NCBI GenBank assembly: GCA_905178155.1
Contig: CAJINV010000004.1
Span: 9,158,300 to 9,222,299, forward strand
Source of the DNA: Amoebophrya sp. A120
Taxonomy: Eukaryota; Protista; Dinoflagellata
Length of the DNA stretch: 64,000 nucleotides
Direction of reading: 5' to 3'
The position numbers were made by a program, and so were the translations under genes. The notes beneath the pieces are model-generated. The model saw only the letters and a list, made by a program, of their open reading frames with translations, searched no databases and was not told the origin of the DNA. Of this stretch, positions 58,901 through 64,000 are shown in pieces (the stretch's first letter is position 1; every line of letters starts with the position of its first letter).

Positions 58901-61900
58901 TCCGTTTTATGCATCACAAATCATTTCAACTTTGTCGATTTCAAACCTGACGCTTCCATACTGGCACGGGCCGCAGAAGGTGTGGACCCAGCTCCTGGAC
59001 ACTATGGATACGAACGAGGACGGGATTCTGGATAAAGTTGAAATCGACGGCTATTTCGCAGCGACCCCGAGTGGCGGAAATACAAATAACGCCATCGAGA
59101 TCGATACCCCGGCCCCTCCCCTGGTCTATCTGGAGGACCTCGCGGGGCCCAACGCACCACAGAGCGGGCTGGCGCCGGCCGCGTTGCAGGGCGTGGCGTC
59201 GCCGCAGGGTACAGAGGACTGGATGAAAAGCCCCGCGGTGCCGGTGCCACTCCAGGACATTCTGGCGAACACGCGGTCCATGAATGTGATTGAGCCGGGG
59301 GAAAAACCGCACCCGTCGTTCACGCCCTTCGAAGAGCGGGCCGCCATCCACGCGCTCGAGTACCAGCTGCACGCTGCTGCTGCAGCGTATGGGGTTTTCC
59401 AACGTTACATTCTCAGCTGTTGCATGAAATTGTAATGCAAGAGCAGCAATATGGAAAGCAAAGGGGCAAGCTTGCGAGTCTCGCATCACAAATTTGCAAC
59501 AGAGTTAGATGCTGTTTAGCCCTTCGAGAATTTGTCATGCGAAGCACCTTAATCTTCTGGCGAGTTATGGGAATTTTGCATGACAAATCATGTAACAGTT
59601 GAGAATGTAACAGTTGAGAACGCCATACAGCGTCGCCGTCGCCGCTCGTCGCTGGCGTAACTGAGGACAACAAAGCATCGCTGAGGAGAATTGACCTCGG
59701 CGACCAGTTGAACCAGGACGACATCACGAAGATCAACACCCTGTTGCACGTATCGATTGCAAATATGTCTGGGTCTGGAAGACTGCAACTTGTGATGCTG
59801 CATCTGGATTCTAAAAAAACTGTGACTTTCTTTGTTGCAATTGCATGAGCAGCAATGGGAATGTAATTCTTGCTACGCCGCTGAGAGGGCATTTGTCATG
59901 CGGATCAGGCATCAAGAAGCCCTCTAATAAAAATCTGTGATGCCAGGGCATGCATCACAGACAGTATGGCTCACGCAAAACGTGCATGACAAGTCTCAGC
60001 ACCTTCCAGACCCAGACACATCTGCATTCGATAGCACGTCGACCATACCGACCAGCTGCCGCCGAAGAGCACAAGTACAATTACCGGGGAGGAGCAGACT
60101 GCGGCGCTGGAAGACATGAACGCAAAATGGACCGCTGCCCTCAATCCGACCACAGCCGGATATGGCGTTCTCAAATGTTACATTCTCAACTGTTACATGA
60201 ATTTGTAATGCAAGACTGGCAAAAGTGAAAGGAGGAGGATTGCGCCTTTTGCATTACAGATTTGGCGCAGATTTAGATGCTGCTTAGCCCTTCGGAGATC
60301 TGTCATGCGAAACAGCTTAATTGTGGCGATCTTGCTGGTAAATTTGCATGACAAATCATGTAACAGTTGAGAATGTAACGTTTGAGAGTCTCATACCGGA
60401 TCCAACTCCTTCGCGAAAGAGTACGGGTTGCAGTGGACGTATGGGTGTGTCAGGATTGAAATCGTCAAAGTTGAAATAATTTTAGAAAGTAAAATTGGTA
60501 ATGAATAAAATGCATGCCGCGACGAGGTACGTGTGTTGCAGAGCAGGAAAGTGAGGCCAATTGTAAGCCTGTAGTTTGGGGTTAGTGTTAGAGCTCGGGC
60601 TGCTAAAGTAGCATGACAAAATCACTCTTCTTTGCCTAAACAGCATGAGAAACTGGATTTAGGGATCAACTCACCCGAAACACAATGCCATCCCGTAGTA
60701 GCACAGTCTGTTTATGTCATGCGCCACTTGGAAACTGGGTTCCAACTGGCGTCCATTTTATGCATGACAAATCATTTGACCTTTGTCGCTTTCGATCCTG
60801 ACAGCTCCATAGGATGGGCGCGGTGTTGGATGCGACCGCCCCCTTCGACGGCAACCCGCCCGAGGAGCCACCGCCGGCGGGCAGCATTGACTGGGAACAC
60901 GGACTGAAGTATGAAGTGCAAAAGTATCGTACTCGTATAAATGCATTCCAAATTTCCTCCGCGTGAGAAATGAAATTGGTAATGCGGATATAAGAAAAAA
61001 ATTTGCAATGCAAGAGTTGCATTTATACGAGTACGATACTTTTGCAGTGGATATGAAGTACCTCGCGGGCGAGGACGGGAAGGTGGGCCGCGGCGACTGG
61101 CAGGGGAGTGATGCGGACTGGGACAAGCTGCTCGACCAGGTCGACGATGATCCTCGTGACGGTTACATCACGAAAAAAGAAATGGAACCTGACACGGTTC
61201 CCCTCCTGGACCCGGACGATGAAGGGCACTTTATCACGGACGATCACGATAGCAACCCCGCAGAGGATTCAGATGGCCGCGGGGAATGGGAGGACGAGCA
61301 TACTACAACAACAACGACGACACAGCAACCTTTTCCAATCGAGGTGGTGGCGGGTGGAGGCGGCGGAGTCGTCCTGGTGGGTGGCGGCGCACTCTGGCTC
61401 GGCGGCCGCGGCACGAAGCGGCGTAACCCGCCGGGACGAGGACCACCACGGCGGGATGAAAAACACGATGAAAGCGACGCGGAGGACGACAAAAATGATC
61501 GACCAGACCTCGTCCCGGAAGACCGACCCCCACCACAGCGTCCAGACCCGGTAGTTCCGAGCGACAGCATCACCGACGTCGATGTGTTGCAGCGGCAGAT
61601 CCACGAACTGACGCAGCTGCAGGCACAGCGACCCGTCTCGACGGAAACAAATGTGGAAATCGCTGTCGACAAGAAAAAGAAGCTATCCAGTGTAAATAAA
61701 GTAGTATTGGTATCACAGGGGTAAATGAATCACATTACAAATGAATCACCATACGGAAAAAAAAAATTTTCCAAGTACCGCAGTGCATGGCCCGGCTCGC
61801 ACGCATAAGGAAGCGCCCAATATATACAACCAAATAACCTGAGACACAGCGACGCTCCTCAGGAAGGTCGCGCCTTTCTCGATAAGGTTTGCGCTATTTG

Positions 61901-62767
61901 GTTGGTGGCTACGGGGGACGAACGCAATGGCCATGAGTGGACGCTGGGGCCATCGCGCCTGAATAGCTTGCAAACAACTCGGGGGAAGCATTCGCAAACC
62001 AAAATACCAAGCACAAGCCCATTGCTAAAGATAGGAAAAGCGACACCATAAAAATGAAGTGATTACACCTCCATACCGTCGGGCGTAGCGTCCCGAGGGT
62101 GTCGGATTTTCTGAAAAAAGCTCAATTTTTGCCAAAAGTTCATCTTTTTCGAAGCAAAAAAAGAGGTGTAATCACCTTGCGTTTTGTAGCTATCAATTAG
62201 CCCTATGATTCATTTGACTCCTCCCGCTTAGTATCTGCTTGAATCACCCCTGCAAAAAGCCGCGATTTTTGGCATCAAATTGATGCCCGAAGCACGTCTT
62301 TTTCGCGTCAAATCACCCTAGCAGATATCAAGTGGGTTTGGCTTTTTTTTCGTCTGAAACAGGCTGCACATCTCAAGTGATTACACCTCCACTGTTCCAC
62401 TTCTGCCACTTGGTAACAGTAGAGTAGGGCAAAAGTAAGAATGCGAATAGTGCGCCAGTAGCACCATGCGGGGTAGCATTATGCGCCACGGTATGATGCT
62501 TTGGGGCTGGTCTTGGGGTATCTTCTATGGCATCTTCTGCGCACTACATCTCGCAGCCTTCTCCTTACCAAAATGCGACGCCTGGGGCTTTTGGTCGCAG
62601 CCTTCTCAAGCATTCGCCCACTGCAATCTACCGACCAGCTGTGTCTGGCGCGGGGAAAAAAGCTGCAGGCGCTACGGCAGTTGGGGACGCTCCGAATTTT
62701 TTTTTTTTTCGACCCTATGACTCTTTTGAAAGTGATTCACTTGCTCCTTTGATAATTGGCGTCGTAA
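46962..62767 (+). CDS. Very large repeat-containing, EF-hand-like membrane/surface protein (may be two genes; interrupted by satellite and gap)
   Basis: Exons 46962-47042, 47343-47497, 47812-49196, 49524-49574, 49833-50648, 50952-~51389, ~51801-52219, 52409-52448, 52766-53055, 53490-53767, 54151-54288, 54472-~54638, [gap], ~57055-58356, ~58623-58651, 58966-59387, 59633-59750, 60039-60160, 60401-60439, 60817-60909, 61059-61710, 62760-62767. Joins are in frame except one base at 58357-58623. The 51389/51801 join and continuity over the gap are uncertain. EF-hand-like DRNADGQLTWTE, DTNEDGILDKVE; TM-like IEVVAGGGGGVVLVGGGALWL followed by basic residues. Confidence 0.6.
47043..47337. mobile_element. 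Introner, family A, with internal duplication
   Basis: Perfect 32-bp TIR TATCAAATGTAAAAATGTCTGGGTCTGGAAGA; DR TAGCC/TAGCC; TCCAAATTCAGCATCAC duplicated internally. Confidence 0.93.
47498..47806. mobile_element. Introner, family C (TATGGATGTGTCAGGATCGAAATC)
   Basis: Right end GATTTCGATCCTGACACTCCCATA; DR TCTTC/TCTTC; frame restored. Confidence 0.92.
49197..49518. mobile_element. Introner, family D (322 bp; AAAATCCCCCCTCCCCATATC)
   Basis: DR TTGCT/TTGCT; near-identical to 63178-63499; frame restored. Confidence 0.93.
49575..49827. mobile_element. Introner, family A
   Basis: TATGCATTGCAAACATGTCTGGGTCTGGAAG...TTCCAGACCCAGACACTTTTACAATCCATA; DR CTGGG/CTGGG; frame restored. Confidence 0.92.
50649..50946. 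mobile_element. Introner, family E (TATTACAGTGAAAAATGCC)
   Basis: Right end GGCATTTTTCATTGTAATA; DR AACAG/AACAG; frame restored. Confidence 0.9.
51390..51799. mobile_element. Possible old introner
   Basis: TATGCA...TGCATA ends; flanking ORFs share a frame; no 5-nt DR. Confidence 0.4.
52220..52403. mobile_element. Introner, family B-like
   Basis: TATGGATTGCAAAAGTATAA...GATACTTTTGCACTGGATA; DR CCTGC/CCTGC; frame restored. Confidence 0.9.
52449..52760. mobile_element. Introner, diverged family A
   Basis: TATGCCTTGCAAATATGTTTGGGTC...AGACATACTTGCAGTTGATT; DR GCTGA/GCTGA; frame restored. Confidence 0.85.
53056..53484. mobile_element. Introner, family F-like
   Basis: TATGGCTCGCTCAGGTGTTACAAT...ATTGCAACACTTGAGCAGGTGATA; DR GAGGC/GAGGC; frame restored. 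Confidence 0.87.
53768..54145. mobile_element. Introner, diverged family D
   Basis: TATTTTATGGGAAAATCCCCC...TGGATTTTTCATCTTCATA; DR ATCGA/ATCGA; frame restored. Confidence 0.87.
54289..54466. mobile_element. Introner (singleton TIR type)
   Basis: TATTCCAGAGAAAAG...CTTTTTCTCTTTGATA; DR ATGCC/ATGCC; frame restored. Confidence 0.85.
54960..55888. repeat. 46-bp tandem satellite (~20 copies)
   Basis: Unit AATGTTAAAAGGGGGAATGGAGGTGAGCCGGCTGCCATCTTTTTCC-like; units start at 55242, 55288, 55334 and 55380. Confidence 0.95.
55889..56365. repeat. Degenerate ~150-180-bp repeats next to the assembly gap
   Basis: CCCTC(G/C)TCA..GGG(T/C)TCATCCTGATCG and GTCCGTCGGATCC motifs recur at ~55950, ~56100 and ~56275. 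Confidence 0.7.
56366..56839. other. Assembly gap (474 N)
   Basis: Run of n. Confidence 1.
56840..57049. mobile_element. Introner, family A (right part; left end lost in gap)
   Basis: Ends CTTCCAGACCCAGACATTTTTACACTTGATA; body matches 13222-13483. Confidence 0.88.
58357..58617. mobile_element. Introner, family A (TAC...GTA termini; close to the 2040 copy)
   Basis: TACCAACTGCAAAAATGTCTGGGTCTGGAAG...CATTTTTGCAATTCGTA; DR GCGGG/GCGGG. Confidence 0.9.
58652..58960. mobile_element. Introner, family C (309 bp)
   Basis: TATGGATCTGTCAGAGTTGAAATCGAC...GTCGATTTCAAACCTGACGCTTCCATA; DR CTGGC/CTGGC. Confidence 0.92.
59388..59627. mobile_element. Introner, family F (GTTACATTCTCA core)
   Basis: TATGGGGTTTTCCAACGTTACATTCTC...GAGAATGTAACAGTTGAGAACGCCATA; DR CAGCG/CAGCG; frame restored. 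Confidence 0.92.
59751..60033. mobile_element. Introner, family A
   Basis: TATCGATTGCAAATATGTCTGGG...CCCAGACACATCTGCATTCGATA; DR GCACG/GCACG; frame restored. Confidence 0.92.
60161..60395. mobile_element. Introner, family F
   Basis: TATGGCGTTCTCAAATGTTACATTCTC...GAGAATGTAACGTTTGAGAGTCTCATA; DR CCGGA/CCGGA; frame restored. Confidence 0.92.
60440..60811. mobile_element. Introner, family C
   Basis: TATGGGTGTGTCAGGATTGAAATCG...TTTCGATCCTGACAGCTCCATA; DR GGACG/GGATG; frame restored. Confidence 0.9.
60910..61053. mobile_element. Introner, family B (144 bp)
   Basis: TATGAAGTGCAAAAGTATCG...CGATACTTTTGCAGTGGATA; DR TGAAG/TGAAG; frame restored. Confidence 0.93.
61711..62754. mobile_element. Large introner (1044 bp)
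   Basis: TATCACAGGGGTAAATGAATCAC...GTGATTCACTTGCTCCTTTGATA; DR ATTGG/ATTGG; internal GTGATTACACCT motifs. Confidence 0.85.
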
Positions 62768-62812
62768 GTCATTATACTTCCTGATTTTCCTACTTCCTTG
62801 CATCAACACGGC

Positions 62813-63770
62813 ATGGCGAGTGAGTCGCTTGCCGAAGCTGTATGTGCTGGATCTATCAGCGTATACTGATTCCGTTTTGCCTATGCTTTTTTAAAAAAGT
62901 TGTCATGCGAAAATGTATAGTAGTACGGTACGGCTACGGTTACGGAAATGATACTAAAAGTACCTTGATATTTGCAATGCATAGGAACGTGCTTTGGCTG
63001 ATGATGCGGTGGAGAATGACGGGTATGGCTCGGACAAAAACCGCGGAAGTAAGAAATCTAGGAGCAGGAAGTGGTCGAACAAAAAGAGAAGGAGCAGTAG
63101 AAGTGCCAGCACCTCCACGTCCGCAGCTTTTTTGCAGAAGCTGGAGGAAGCAGTAGAAACACATGCCGAGGAGGAGGTATCGAAAGGAAAAATTCCCCCT
63201 CCCCATATCAAAACGGAATTTCTGATGCTGGATTTGTGTACACAAATCAGGTTTGTGCTGCAGAGAGGCAATGCGGCCAGATCCCCGGGCTAGGTAGGGG
63301 CGTATGAGTCTAGTTGCTCAGCATGGCAAGCGGCTCACTTTTAGGGCCAACAGCATGACAAATCGCTTCCATAATGGGGCGGAAGCTTCTGCCCTTGTCT
63401 TCTTGCAAGACAAATGTGATCTGTGGCCTCAAATCAGCAACGCAAATTTTCGGAAGCATACCTTTTCGATATGGGGAGGGGGGATCTTTCTTTTTGATAG
63501 GAGCAGGAGGAGGAGGGACAGCGACAGCACGACGGCCAGAATTTTGACGAGTCGCGGAGGAGTAGTGACGTGGTTGGAAAAATTCAAATGGTACACGATG
63601 TAGTAGAAGAAGAACAGCGACAAGCGGTGGATGATCTTGTTGATCCGCATCAACAAACAAGAGAAGAGCCATCTGCTGTGGCCGTGGTCCCCCCGTCGAA
63701 TACAAGAACTCTGGTCTTTTCCAATCAAGAGAAGAAAGACCAATTCGCGCACAATCCCACGCCACGGAAA
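62813..63770 (+). CDS. 5' part of a low-complexity protein, continuing beyond the window
   Basis: Exons 62813-62839, 62985-63177, 63505-63770 (MASESLAEA|ERALADD...EEE|EEGQRQ...). GT-AG intron 62840-62984. Confidence 0.55.
63178..63499. mobile_element. Introner, family D (322 bp)
   Basis: Near-identical to 49197-49518; DR GGAGG/GGAGC; frame restored. Confidence 0.93.
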
Positions 63771-64000
63771 TATGGAGGCACAAACATCAGGCTCTTGGAA
63801 ATCGAAAAAGTTCAAGTTGAAATACTTTTGCAATGCATAAAATCGACACAAACTACACCCCACCGGTTGATGAATGCGGCCAAATTGCAATTATTTCTAA
63901 GCGGCGCATACCGATAGAAAATTAGTGAAGCATCAATACCAATGCAATTTGGCATGCTTTTTGGGGCAAAGAGGACTGCTTTTACCATGCTGCATCGCAG
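63771..64000. mobile_element. Left part of a diverged family C introner
   Basis: TATGGA...TCAGG...GAAATCGAAAAAG...ATGCATAAAATCGA resembles the left end of the 47498 copy. Confidence 0.6.

Noticed and set aside
2040-63499. Claiming introners themselves as a new discovery
   Set aside because: Such elements are already described in Amoebophrya; only the specific rules and mechanistic inferences above are offered as potentially new.
88-63890. Minus-strand ORFs as genes
   Set aside because: Nearly all are antisense shadows of + strand exons or repeats; none shows a recognisable domain.
1-64000. Dinoflagellate spliced-leader relics, rRNA or tRNA genes
   Set aside because: No CCGTAGCCATTTTGGCTCAAG-like sequence or RNA gene pattern seen by eye; degenerate copies could be missed.

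Overview
Eukaryotic, gene-dense DNA with every recognisable gene on the + strand. The architecture matches a parasitic syndinian dinoflagellate, most likely Amoebophrya (inferred from intron architecture, not from a database match). The dominant feature is about 40 short to medium (144-1856 bp) non-coding elements with terminal inverted repeats (TIRs) inserted in coding sequence. Nearly all begin TAT and end ATA (a few TAC/GTA). For 35 of them I could read a 5-nt direct repeat (DR) on both sides, perfect in 27. Removing the element plus one DR copy re-joins the reading frame in all but one case, so they behave as non-canonical introns (introners). At least six TIR families are present, two of them in both orientations, and they share an internal GCAT(G/T/C)ACAA motif. 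Some appear to be converting to GT-AG introns. After manual splicing the window holds about 13 genes: a >2100-aa ankyrin-tail protein, a signal-peptide membrane protein with 11 exons, a small Cys-rich secreted protein, a TMEM151-like protein, two coiled-coil proteins, an RRP42-like exosome subunit, a Zn-dependent alcohol dehydrogenase, an NMN/NaMN adenylyltransferase, a PlsC-type acyltransferase with a ~3.3 kb repeat-rich insertion, a very large repeat/EF-hand-like surface protein interrupted by about 20 introners plus a 46-bp satellite and an assembly gap, a small hypothetical gene, and the 5' part of a last gene. No transposase, rRNA, tRNA or CRISPR was found. Exon boundaries are ambiguous within each DR. 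All mapping was by eye.
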